From: a virus
Strand: one strand, 5' to 3'
DNA: 64,000 nucleotides
Virus record (IMG/VR): IMGVR_UViG_3300027985_001623
Span: 1 to 64,000 of that record
In this document: piece by piece, positions 1-8,612 of the stretch
Numbering within the stretch: position 1 is the first letter of the stretch
How the letters are laid out: the number at the start of each line of letters is the position of its first letter
Position numbers and translations under genes: made by a program
The notes under the pieces: generated by a model
Seen by the model: only the letters and a program-made list of their open reading frames with translations
What the model was told of the DNA's origin: nothing
The model's database searches: none

Positions 1-1
1 G

Positions 2-172
2 AGTTCGTGGGGTGCTGCCGAGCAGGTGTGCATTCGCTACGCCCGGCGATATGCCGCCGGGACAATCAAACCCGCGAGCGGGCGGGTCGTCGCTGTCGAA
101 AATGGCGAAGAGATCATCGGGTGGCGCTTCAATGCGCAAGGCATTGAAGAAGAGCAGGCCGCACATGGGTAA
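2..172 (+). CDS. 3' end of a hypothetical protein (truncated by window edge)
   Basis: Open frame 2-172 (...ENGEEIIGWRFNAQGIEEEQAAHG*) whose stop overlaps the next ORF start. Confidence 0.45.
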   Translation, partial: SSWGAAEQVCIRYARRYAAGTIKPASGRVVAVENGEEIIGWRFNAQGIEEEQAAHG

Positions 173-443
173 CCAAAAGTTCTTGGCCACCTGCGAATCA
201 GGTGGCGTCCTTCTAACAAGAGAGTTTGAGTGCATTTCGCCCGACGAAGCACGCCAAATCGTTTGGCGCGAAGGTCTGGACTGGTTCGACGCGGGGCGAA
301 AAGACCGCGACTTCGCAGACATCGCGCCGGTCAAGGCGTGTCGCCAACTCGTTCGCGAAGGGCTTTTTGATTTCGACGACACGATTCGCGTGGGCAACTG
401 CGCAACGTGGGAGCTTTGGCAGTACCCCACGTTGGGCGAATAA
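165..443 (+). CDS. hypothetical protein
   Basis: MGNQKF start at 165 overlaps the upstream gene end; converges on the minus-strand gene block. Confidence 0.5.
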   Translation: MGNQKFLATCESGGVLLTREFECISPDEARQIVWREGLDWFDAGRKDRDFADIAPVKACRQLVREGLFDFDDTIRVGNCATWELWQYPTLGE

Positions 444-451
444 GCGCCCGC

Positions 452-1180
452 CTAGACTGGCTTGACCAGTCGCCCAATGCGGGGCGTGGCCTGGCCTCCT
501 GAAATCACCTCGAACCCGCCGACTTGCTTCGCATTGCGCAGTGCATCGGTAACCGCAGCAACTTTCTGCTCGGCTTCGGCGAGCGTCAAACGTTCGCGCT
601 CGCGCTCCGGTGCCGGGCCGGCCTCCCGGTGTAGTCGGTCGATCTGCAAGGATTTCAACGCGGACTCCGTGATTTTCGCGTTGAGATTCGCAATCGACGT
701 GATCATGTTGATCGCCTGATTCGCGGTCAGTTTGGCCGCATCGCCGTCGGCGCGCGCAACATCAATGTCAATTAGGTTTTGTGCCAAGTCGGCGAGCGCT
801 TGCGCTTTGACAGCGAGCGTCATACCGGCGCTAATTGTCGTGAGGGCGTTTTGGCGTGCGATCTCCACGATTCGCGCTTCGTCGTCTGCCGCCCGAACTT
901 TTTTCATCCGCGCGAGCTCGCGGTTTTGCGCTTGGCGTTCCCGCTCATCGGCCGCGGCTTGCAGTTTTTTGAGCCGCTCTTCTTCGAGCTCTGTTTCGAT
1001 CACCGATCGAATCGGGGCCCATTTTCGCGTGGGCCAGCCGACTTTCCAAGCTTTGGCGCACGTTTTTATATCCGATCCGCAAACCCTCGCGGCGGTGCCC
1101 GGACGGTATTTCGGAGCGTCCGATCGGAATGCGTCAACCATCGCGTTGTAGTCGTGAATCGAAAAAGCGCGGCGGGCCAT
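452..1180 (-). CDS. HTH-like + coiled-coil protein (small-terminase-like architecture, unconfirmed)
   Basis: N-terminal helix-turn-helix-like segment (GTAARVCGSDIKTCAKAW), long charged coiled coil, C-terminal FEVISGG; ATG 6 nt after a -10 box. Confidence 0.5.
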   Translation of the reverse strand: MARRAFSIHDYNAMVDAFRSDAPKYRPGTAARVCGSDIKTCAKAWKVGWPTRKWAPIRSVIETELEEERLKKLQAAADERERQAQNRELARMKKVRAADDEARIVEIARQNALTTISAGMTLAVKAQALADLAQNLIDIDVARADGDAAKLTANQAINMITSIANLNAKITESALKSLQIDRLHREAGPAPERERERLTLAEAEQKVAAVTDALRNAKQVGGFEVISGGQATPRIGRLVKPV

Positions 1181-1204
1181 GTGTCTAGTATGGCCCGCCG
1201 CGCT
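1166..1204. repeat. perfect 15-bp inverted repeat over promoter and start codon
   Basis: agcgcggcgggccat-N9-atggcccgccgcgct. Confidence 0.9.
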
Positions 1205-1216
1205 CTTGTTGTGCAA
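1187..1216 (-). promoter_or_regulatory. sigma70-type promoter, probably leaderless
   Basis: TTGCAC-N18-CATACT-N6-ATG. Confidence 0.55.
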
Positions 1217-1230
1217 GTTTTTGGGGGGGT

Positions 1231-1899
1231 CTAATGCGTCCGGCCGTCGCTTGTGGGGGACAACTCTTCCGTGGGCGCTGGCCCCTCCGACTGGTCCATA
1301 GACGAACCAGATTCTTGTGTTTTTGTGAGTACCCGCTGGAGTTCGGCTGCACACTTAACCGACGTAATGAACGCAGCGCCTAAGAAAAAAGCCGCCTGGA
1401 CGTTGTCCAACGTACCATCTGCTCGATAGCACGATCCAAGCGGGGCGGTTTGGGGTGCATGATCGCGTGCCCAAACGAGGATTGTTTCGATCGCAGCGCG
1501 GCTCTCCTCAGAATCGCTAATGCCTGCAAGTACCACGTCCCCAGCGTGCAAAACCGCGAGTGTCGTCGGTGCGAGAGCATCGATCACCGCAAGAATTTGG
1601 GGGGTTGTTTCGCACCGCACACCCTGTGCCCCGGGAGTTGGTGGAAGCGGGTCGACCGGCCCTTCAGGAATCTCCGCAGGGCTCGCGACCAGTTGGCCCC
1701 CGACAACCGCCGGAACATACGGGACGAGATCTTTTTTAGCCGCCTCCGAGCAATCCCAGTTGGTGACGTGGTGCTCGCAAGTATTCTCGACGTGCCGCAC
1801 GAAGTGCACATGTATTGCGCAAGGCTCCTCGCCGGCTGCAATCCAAGCGATGAAATTTTCGAGAGCGGCGATGATTTTTTGTTTACTTGGGTCGGTCAT
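1231..1899 (-). CDS. hypothetical protein (paralogue family A)
   Basis: MTDPSK start; shares AGE..aihV...NW and Q(A)AF.xG motifs with 1911-2546 and 3104-3682. Confidence 0.6.
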   Translation of the reverse strand: MTDPSKQKIIAALENFIAWIAAGEEPCAIHVHFVRHVENTCEHHVTNWDCSEAAKKDLVPYVPAVVGGQLVASPAEIPEGPVDPLPPTPGAQGVRCETTPQILAVIDALAPTTLAVLHAGDVVLAGISDSEESRAAIETILVWARDHAPQTAPLGSCYRADGTLDNVQAAFFLGAAFITSVKCAAELQRVLTKTQESGSSMDQSEGPAPTEELSPTSDGRTH

Positions 1900-1910
1900 G
1901 GTGTCTCTTT

Positions 1911-2546
1911 TCAGTTTTTTGTTTGTTGCTCCGCACGACGTATTTCGACGTATTGTGTAGCGAACCCGTAAGTGCGCCCCACCGCTACGCCGATCAGAAA
2001 TGCTTGTTTCGAGAGTGGCGCGTGGGTGAGGCAAGTTGGCTGCCAATTAGCGAGGTGGAGTTTTTGGGCTGCGTATGAATGCCACGCTGCCAAGATCGGC
2101 AAACTTGTCGCTTGAAACGCGCGACTCGCCTTGTCGATGTACCCGTCCGCAGCGTTCATTTTGGCCGCGAGGTCCAAAACGCGTGCGCAACCCGGATCGT
2201 CGCGCCAAAGCTGTTGCACCTCGCTCTCAAATAGAGCGTTGCTACTCGGCTCCGAGCACTCCGAATCGGGAGCGGATGCCTCTTTGAGAAGCGCGCCAAG
2301 TTGGCGCCATGCTTGATCGCCGGCGTCACCGTCCACGCTCCAGTTGCACACCTTGAACTGCCGCATATCCGGATCGGGGTCGGGGCCGTCATCGGCTATT
2401 GAGATTTGAGCTACGTGCACCGCCAGCACGCGGCCGGCTTTGACTTGCGCAGCCAGGTCCAAGAAAAAACGATGCGCCGTTTCCAAATCTCCGGGCATCT
2501 CCCACGTGCGCTCGCCGTTTTCTGAAACTTCCTTTTCACGGTTCAT
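1911..2546 (-). CDS. hypothetical protein (paralogue family A)
   Basis: ATGA overlap with upstream gene; AGRVLAVHV...CNW and QAFLIGVAVGR. Confidence 0.6.
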   Translation of the reverse strand: MNREKEVSENGERTWEMPGDLETAHRFFLDLAAQVKAGRVLAVHVAQISIADDGPDPDPDMRQFKVCNWSVDGDAGDQAWRQLGALLKEASAPDSECSEPSSNALFESEVQQLWRDDPGCARVLDLAAKMNAADGYIDKASRAFQATSLPILAAWHSYAAQKLHLANWQPTCLTHAPLSKQAFLIGVAVGRTYGFATQYVEIRRAEQQTKN

Positions 2547-2797
2547 AGGGCCTGTTTTGCATCCTCGATGAGTTGCGCCAAAGTGTGGGCCATTGCCACG
2601 CCAGCGGTTGTGATGCGGCAATGCGTAAAACTTGTCGGATGGAATTCGATGAGACCCCGCCGCTCAAGCCGAAGCGCCGCGGCGGCTTGCCCGTGTCGGA
2701 GCGCGAACTCGCATTGTCCCCCCTTCTCGTCGGCCAAGGCGTATTCCACCAAAAGCGCGACGTCACGCAATTGTACTCGGCGCGCATTCACGGGCAT
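2543..2797 (-). CDS. small winged-helix-like protein
   Basis: MPVNARR...AALRLERRGLIE...RITTAG, a wHTH recognition helix and wing pattern. Confidence 0.5.
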   Translation of the reverse strand: MPVNARRVQLRDVALLVEYALADEKGGQCEFALRHGQAAAALRLERRGLIEFHPTSFTHCRITTAGVAMAHTLAQLIEDAKQAL

Positions 2798-3120
2798 TCG
2801 TACCCGCCTAACTCCAAAGCGCGCCGAGCCTGGATTAGCGCCTTGGCAGTCACGGCTGCACGAGCTTCGTCCGAATCGACAGCGCCTAGGGCAACCGCAC
2901 GTTCTATGAGAGCCACCCAAAACCCAAGCATGGGCAACACCACCGTAACAACGTGGGGCATCACTGGGTCGTTCGGATCGGGACCAACCGTGTAGTGTGA
3001 TACGACCATGCCGCTCGCGACGGAGATTTGCCCAGACATCCGCCACGAAGCGGCAAGATACTTAAACGCTATGGACGCCGGAACTCCGGCCATGTCGGGA
3101 AGTTTAGTCGTCGTCATCAT
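2788..3120 (-). CDS. hypothetical protein
   Basis: Tightly packed ORF in the minus-strand operon. Confidence 0.5.
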   Translation of the reverse strand: MMTTTKLPDMAGVPASIAFKYLAASWRMSGQISVASGMVVSHYTVGPDPNDPVMPHVVTVVLPMLGFWVALIERAVALGAVDSDEARAAVTAKALIQARRALELGGYECP

Positions 3121-3682
3121 CTTCGTGAGCCTTGCCGTTTTCTGATGTGGAGAGATTTAGGGCTTGATCACGAAGATGTGCGACCAACCAAGGATGTGCG
3201 CGACCAATACCCATGCCGGCGATAAACGCTTGCTGCACGATGTCGGGCTCGCCGGACCCAGCCGGCTTGAGCAGCTGCACAACCCGGTCAGTTTCCGCGT
3301 ACCATTTCGCTATTTGCCGCAAGACCGTTCGCGCTACCGCGTCCATCGAAAATTGAAGTTTGATTTTTTCGTCAAGGTTGCTCACCGCGACAACGATATC
3401 GTGAACCGTTGGAAAGATGCGCCGCACCGCTTCCACGCGCTCTCGCGTTGAAACACATGGCATGTCTTCGATCGGGACATCCCCACTCGTGAGAGCTCCG
3501 TAGGCTCGCTCGTTACGGTGCCAGCGTAGAACGCTTTGCTTGCTCGTGGGCACCGATTCCGCAATCACTTCGACGCGAAGCGCCAAAAATTCACCGGCGG
3601 CGGCAAGATCAGCGAGTCGCCGAAGTTCAGCACTGAGCCCGTCGTTTTTCAGTTTCGTCTGGTTATCTGGTGTTTGGTTCAT
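3104..3682 (-). CDS. hypothetical protein (paralogue family A)
   Basis: AAAGEFLALRV...LRW and QQAFIAGMGIGR. Confidence 0.6.
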   Translation of the reverse strand: MNQTPDNQTKLKNDGLSAELRRLADLAAAGEFLALRVEVIAESVPTSKQSVLRWHRNERAYGALTSGDVPIEDMPCVSTRERVEAVRRIFPTVHDIVVAVSNLDEKIKLQFSMDAVARTVLRQIAKWYAETDRVVQLLKPAGSGEPDIVQQAFIAGMGIGRAHPWLVAHLRDQALNLSTSENGKAHEDDDDD

Positions 3683-3691
3683 TTTGCCTTT

Positions 3692-3976
3692 TTAGATTTC
3701 GTCCTGTGCGCTCGCTGCCAGGTATGCAGCATATCCAGCAGTCGTGGGGGTGTAGAAGATCCGCGGGCTGTTCCGGCGTGCGGGGTTCTCCTCGGCTTTC
3801 GCCGTGACATACCCGAATCGCTCCATCTCGCGAAGCACTCGATGAATCGAACCGCGCGCAATGGTACCGCGTCCAAGCGCTACGATTTCAAGCCCGAAGC
3901 GAGCTATTGGAGTTTGGAGTAATATCGCCAGGACGCGTTGTTCGACGGGGGTTGCAATGCCTTTGATTCGTCGCAT
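3692..3976 (-). CDS. PadR-family transcriptional regulator
   Basis: FGLEI...GSIHRVLREMERFGYV...PRIFYTPTTAG matches the PadR wHTH pattern. Confidence 0.75.
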   Translation of the reverse strand: MRRIKGIATPVEQRVLAILLQTPIARFGLEIVALGRGTIARGSIHRVLREMERFGYVTAKAEENPARRNSPRIFYTPTTAGYAAYLAASAQDEI

Positions 3977-4314
3977 GATGAGGTGACCATCCGGTCAAGG
4001 TCTCGAATTTTGGAAATCGGGTGTCCGTATTGCGCGGACCAAGTGTCTATGACACGGTGCAGGGTGGCTAATAGCGCCCCAGGGAGGTCCGTGCGTAACT
4101 GTGATCGCTTATAGAGAACGAAATCGACGATCTGCAAGATCACCACGGGGCTGTGTTGGTCTGGGTACATCACCAGTTCGAGCGGGTTATCGGCCGTTCG
4201 CCGAATCTCCCAGCAATAGGGCGCCGGCGTGACAACGCGAAGCGCGAACAGGAACGTCGTAACTTCAGGGTCAGGGAGCGTTACCCAGATCTTATTCGCT
4301 TTCCGGATTGGCAT
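3904..4314 (-). CDS. hypothetical protein
   Basis: ORF in operon context only. Confidence 0.45.
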   Translation of the reverse strand: MPIRKANKIWVTLPDPEVTTFLFALRVVTPAPYCWEIRRTADNPLELVMYPDQHSPVVILQIVDFVLYKRSQLRTDLPGALLATLHRVIDTWSAQYGHPISKIRDLDRMVTSSCDESKALQPPSNNASWRYYSKLQ

Positions 4315-4666
4315 GGGATCCTCGCATTTGATCGCACTCAGCTATGAACTTGGCGATAATGCTCTCGCACGGGGTCACGTGTTCGCGGATCGTGTGGTGA
4401 AGCTCTGCGCAAGTGCTCACGTCAGCCTCGTTTTTTGCGTGCACTAGGATGATGCGCAAATCTTCCGTGATAGTGAGATGTTGTCGATACGTGGTGTTAT
4501 AAGCTGTTTGAACGTGTCCCGAGAAAAACCCCCAAACCCCGAACATCCGCAAAAACGTGGACGTCTCCGTGGAACGCAGCAATGCGGGAAGCATGAAGCT
4601 AGCGACAGTATAGTGGGGGCTCGGCTCGAAAGAGTGCATGAGAGAGGCCAACTTTACTTTTCGCAC
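4292..4666 (-). CDS. hypothetical protein
   Basis: ORF in operon context only. Confidence 0.4.
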   Translation of the reverse strand: MRKVKLASLMHSFEPSPHYTVASFMLPALLRSTETSTFLRMFGVWGFFSGHVQTAYNTTYRQHLTITEDLRIILVHAKNEADVSTCAELHHTIREHVTPCESIIAKFIAECDQMRGSHANPESE

Positions 4667-5150
4667 GATCGCAGAAAATCAAGCGAACTTTTGAGGATGT
4701 GCGCGTTGAACGAAGCCAAGTTAGAAGGTTTAGAATTTGTGCTAACCCGTTAAGGTGGATCAGATTTTATTCGCACGCCAAATTACGGCGTTTCAGAGGC
4801 ACGGGCCCTGTGATTCGTGGACATCTACCCGGTTTAGAAAGTAAACTAATTCCATGGGAGGCGATTTTTAATGGGCAAATCAGGGATAAGTTCTGAAAAA
4901 GTTAGGATATGGACAATAATTTAAGGAACGTCTCTGTTTAATCGCACGAAACAAGTAGATATGCGATAGGCAAACTAGCGCGCATTCCACGTAGTGTGCC
5001 ATTTACGGAGCAAAATCAAGGGTCGGCAAGGTACAATTCCACCGGCGAACCTTGAGTTGATCGCAAGTGATCATGTGGATTTTCGACCGAAAAATGATCA
5101 CCCGGTTGTCGCGCTTCGAAATTGCGTACAAGTTTTGTACAAAATCTAAG

Positions 5151-5522
5151 CTAGCACGAACCAAGGCCGATGATCCGCGCCGCCAACTCGATATCCGCCA
5201 CCGTTGTGTTTGGAGGTGGGGCGCCAAACTTTGCGCGTAAAATTTTTTCGCGAAGTTTTTCCCAGCGCTGCAAAACTTCAAGTTTGGAAATCCTGGTTTC
5301 TAAGTCTTGGTGCGCAGTACCGCGCAGTGGATTTTCAGGATGCGGGCGAAGATCCCCCCGACGCACGCGGCAGCGATTGCTAAGAACCAACCAAACTCGG
5401 CCAACACTGGTCACATGCACGGTTTCATGCCGCACCGGAATCGTCGAGGTGGCTGGATATTCCCACACGAGTGAGTCGTCAACTCGAAGCGCACAAGTTA
5501 TGGCGTGTTTTTTTACTCGCAC
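5151..5522 (-). CDS. small beta-barrel (SH3/KOW-like) protein
   Basis: GTG start overlapping the upstream gene end; TVHVTSVGRVWL motif shared with neighbour. Confidence 0.5.
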   Translation of the reverse strand: MRVKKHAITCALRVDDSLVWEYPATSTIPVRHETVHVTSVGRVWLVLSNRCRVRRGDLRPHPENPLRGTAHQDLETRISKLEVLQRWEKLREKILRAKFGAPPPNTTVADIELAARIIGLGSC

Positions 5523-5881
5523 GAAGTCCTCATGATGCCGCGAAGCTCCGTAAGTAAAAGCAGTGGTAACTTTCGCCACTTCTCTTCGCGAAATAGCTGT
5601 TGAATTTCCCTGATGACTTTCCGGCGTTCGAGTTCTTCGTTTAGCGCCACTTCGGAAAGATAAGCAGACACGAAATTAGGGTCCCCAAACACGCGAAAGT
5701 TTTTTAGGTAGACTTGAACAGTGCTCCAATAGTCCGGAACTTTCACGTAAAAATACACGCGCCCGACTTTGGAAACCGTGCCCGTCGAGAACGGTTTTTG
5801 CTTCTGCCGAATGAGACGATCCGTGTATTCAAGGATTACCGTCTCGCCAACCTTCACGCGTTGTGGCTTTACGTCACCCAT
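5513..5881 (-). CDS. small beta-barrel (SH3/KOW-like) protein
   Basis: KVGETV...GTVSKVGRVYFYV motif common in phage beta-barrel proteins. Confidence 0.55.
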   Translation of the reverse strand: MGDVKPQRVKVGETVILEYTDRLIRQKQKPFSTGTVSKVGRVYFYVKVPDYWSTVQVYLKNFRVFGDPNFVSAYLSEVALNEELERRKVIREIQQLFREEKWRKLPLLLLTELRGIMRTSCE

Positions 5882-7349
5882 TTCGAACTCTCCGCTGAAT
5901 ATCGCAGAAGTTTTCGCGTCGGATAAAATAGCCGTTCTCCCACAACGGTTGAAGTAACGACGCTGACTCCTCGACAGGTGAGGCGTTTTGTACAAGGCGT
6001 AACTCACCGGTCTTTTCGTCCGCGAGAACTGCTAGCCGCCCGGTAGCAGATTTCTTTGTCCCGCCATCCGTGACCGGATCTTTCTTGATTGAAACCGACG
6101 CTCCGTCAACTACGACTTCAGTCGCTTTGATAGCTGACATGAACGTATCTCTTGTTTGATACTGATACGTGTAGCTCCCAACACCGAACACCACGACATC
6201 GGAAGCGTACCCGAGCGTGCGAAGCTTGTGCGTAATGTCCTTAGCGCGATTAAGCGTAATTGAATCACCATAGATGGCGCCAACCCGCGAGTTTAGATGC
6301 TTGTACCCCTTCTCGTTGACCGTATGGCCAAACGTCTGGTCAAGCAACCGGATCACGCCGAGGTGCTCGGGAGAGTTCGGTTTAGCAGCCGGGTTCCCGC
6401 ACAAGATCTTCAACGGATCACCCGAATCGGGACGAATGACAAGCTTGCCCACACGTGCGTTGATCTTGTCGCGTAGCGCGGGCAAAATCTTCGTGCACAC
6501 ATCCCAAAGATTGAACGTGTCAGACACAATGGACAAAATCCCCGTCGGGTAGAGGTCAAGCAAGCGCTCGAACATAGCCCGCTCTCCTGCCATCGCGATG
6601 CCAGCGCACATGACGGAGTGTTCCGTTGCGGCGACTGAACCAAGAATTGCTCCGCCGCCGTAATACTGGTCAACGAATTCAAGGGCGCATAACGTGTCAG
6701 AGCCGTAAAACGACAAAAGATGCGCAGCTCCGGACAGCGCAGCACTCTCCGGGGAACTCATACCTCGACTTGAGAAATCGTGCGCTGCCCAATCCACGGT
6801 TGCGGGATCGGTGCCAGTCAAATCGGCCGCTTCAAGCAAAATTCGACGGTACTCCGCCGCGATGGTGGCAGACGTCGAGCCGAGCCAAGTCGCACACGAG
6901 AGCACTGTCTCAACATAGTTCGTCAGCCAGAAAAATTCTGGCGCCGTGTTCTCGATAGTCCACGATGGAACACCTATCGGGATACGCGTGCCCTCTGGCG
7001 CGCTACAAACCCGTAATGGGAGAAAACCAAGTCGGTGGAGCGCGCGAATGTGGTCGACTGGAATAGGTCGGCCTAGAATCGATGTAACGCGCTCATCGTA
7101 GAGCGCGCAAACACGGTCCTCGTCGGCATTAAAGAACCCTTGCCAAGCCTTATTTAGACACTTTTTCAAGGCAGCTTGAAGCCCAAAGTGTACGATCTTG
7201 TCAACGCCAAAAATGCGTGAGCCTCGATGCGTGTAATTGCTGTAAACACGCGTGATTTTTCCGGACAGTTCGTATTGCCGACGGTGGTCCAACTTATAGG
7301 CGTCGGTATTGAGTAATGGGGCTATGATGGTGTAGCTTTTATTGGACAT
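5874..7349 (-). CDS. nadV: nicotinamide phosphoribosyltransferase homologue (probable NARP1 Namat)
   Basis: TDAYKLDH, HDFSSRG, ATEHSVM, SDT, IRPDSGDP, GDSI, GVGS, KKSATG motifs. Confidence 0.93.
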   Translation of the reverse strand: MSNKSYTIIAPLLNTDAYKLDHRRQYELSGKITRVYSNYTHRGSRIFGVDKIVHFGLQAALKKCLNKAWQGFFNADEDRVCALYDERVTSILGRPIPVDHIRALHRLGFLPLRVCSAPEGTRIPIGVPSWTIENTAPEFFWLTNYVETVLSCATWLGSTSATIAAEYRRILLEAADLTGTDPATVDWAAHDFSSRGMSSPESAALSGAAHLLSFYGSDTLCALEFVDQYYGGGAILGSVAATEHSVMCAGIAMAGERAMFERLLDLYPTGILSIVSDTFNLWDVCTKILPALRDKINARVGKLVIRPDSGDPLKILCGNPAAKPNSPEHLGVIRLLDQTFGHTVNEKGYKHLNSRVGAIYGDSITLNRAKDITHKLRTLGYASDVVVFGVGSYTYQYQTRDTFMSAIKATEVVVDGASVSIKKDPVTDGGTKKSATGRLAVLADEKTGELRLVQNASPVEESASLLQPLWENGYFIRRENFCDIQRRVRNG

Positions 7350-8152
7350 CAGATTGCTCCAGGCATGAAATCGAGCACGGGAAGAGTGAAATCAGCATTT
7401 AGACTTTGCGAACGAACGCTATCCGTCGTCGCTATGATTGAGTAAAAATTTCGTAGCGTGTCCGCAGCCCCGCTAAAGACTCCGTGCGAAACCCAAAGAG
7501 CCAGCCGCGTGCTCGGGACTCCGATAGCATCGGCTAGCCCTCGGAACGTCCCCCCGCCGTCGCAAATGTCGTCGACGACGAGCAACATCCCGTGGTCAGG
7601 CAGCGGTTCGCAGAAAAACCCGGACAGCTTGCCGGTTGAGAAATCTCGATGTTTGCCTGCTCGATACAGGCGAACACCCAAGACGCCAGCCGCAAGCGCA
7701 GCACGTGATACCGCGCCAGCATCGGGTGCAATGACCCCGACAATCCGCCGGCCGGCGAACGCGGCTGCAATGGCGGCAGTCGGCTCGTGAACAGTGCACC
7801 GGCTAATCCAGTGTGGCATGGCGGGGCTGTGCGGATCGAAGCAATGAACCTCGCTCGCCCCCACCAAGTTGATGAGCCGCGCGTAAATGCGGCCACCTGC
7901 CGGGTAGCCTCGGTCGCTTCGCGCAGCAGGCAGGTAGGGGACAACCAAACGGAACCCCGAGTTCGGCGGGAGCGCATCGCGAATCATCGCCGCGCGCATG
8001 TACGCCGCCGGGTCGGTGCTTCGAATGACGCACGTGTAGACGCCCACGTCGAACTTTTGCATGACGTGCATTTCCCCGGCGGGGAAGTGAAAGGGTGGGT
8101 CAAGACAAACTTCCGTTCGATCTTTGTAGAGGGTGAAATCTTCGGTGCTCAT
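7349..8152 (-). CDS. prs: ribose-phosphate pyrophosphokinase homologue (probable NARP1 Adps)
   Basis: FPAGE, PYLPAARSDR, DPHS, PDAGA, VDDICDGGGTF; coupled to the Nampt-like gene. Confidence 0.9.
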   Translation of the reverse strand: MSTEDFTLYKDRTEVCLDPPFHFPAGEMHVMQKFDVGVYTCVIRSTDPAAYMRAAMIRDALPPNSGFRLVVPYLPAARSDRGYPAGGRIYARLINLVGASEVHCFDPHSPAMPHWISRCTVHEPTAAIAAAFAGRRIVGVIAPDAGAVSRAALAAGVLGVRLYRAGKHRDFSTGKLSGFFCEPLPDHGMLLVVDDICDGGGTFRGLADAIGVPSTRLALWVSHGVFSGAADTLRNFYSIIATTDSVRSQSLNADFTLPVLDFMPGAI

Positions 8153-8173
8153 GGCTCGCTTTCCGGTGAATCG

Positions 8174-8203
8174 ACTATGCGCTAAGTGTATTAGTTGGTG
8201 CAA
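8174..8203 (-). promoter_or_regulatory. sigma70-type promoter for the Prs/Nampt operon
   Basis: TTGCAC-N18-CATAGT with AT-rich upstream element. Confidence 0.55.
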
Positions 8204-8267
8204 GTATATTTTTTAGATTTTCTCAACTCCGGACCTGCCAACGTGCGCTAACGCGCCGTAAGGCGCG

Positions 8268-8612
8268 CTAACCGCTATACGTTTGCCGGATCTTCCGGGC
8301 CGCCGCGCGAGCACGGGCCGCTTGCGCCGGGTCGTCACCAATCCGTTGAGCCAACATGAACGAAAGGTTTGCCACATCCGCAGCTTCGAGCAGCCGATCC
8401 GCGCCGGAGTCCGCTGCGAGTAGCTCGTGCAACTCGGCAAACAGGTGAATCACCAAGGCCTCGACGTTGGTAGCCTCCGGATCGAGCCAGTGTGGGTGCC
8501 CCTTCGCGAGCCCCCGATTGAGCTTGTCGGCCATCACGCCAGCCCACCCCGCGGTAATATCCTTGAAGATTTCCGGGGATCGATCCAAATGTGCTGGTGT
8601 CTTGCTCTTCAT
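8268..8612 (-). CDS. MazG-like all-alpha nucleotide pyrophosphohydrolase fold protein
   Basis: ELHEL...EAADVAN acidic motif. Confidence 0.55.
   Translation of the reverse strand: MKSKTPAHLDRSPEIFKDITAGWAGVMADKLNRGLAKGHPHWLDPEATNVEALVIHLFAELHELLAADSGADRLLEAADVANLSFMLAQRIGDDPAQAARARAAARKIRQTYSG

Noticed and set aside
452-1180. Firm small terminase call
   Set aside because: Architecture fits, but no large terminase is adjacent; left as hypothetical.
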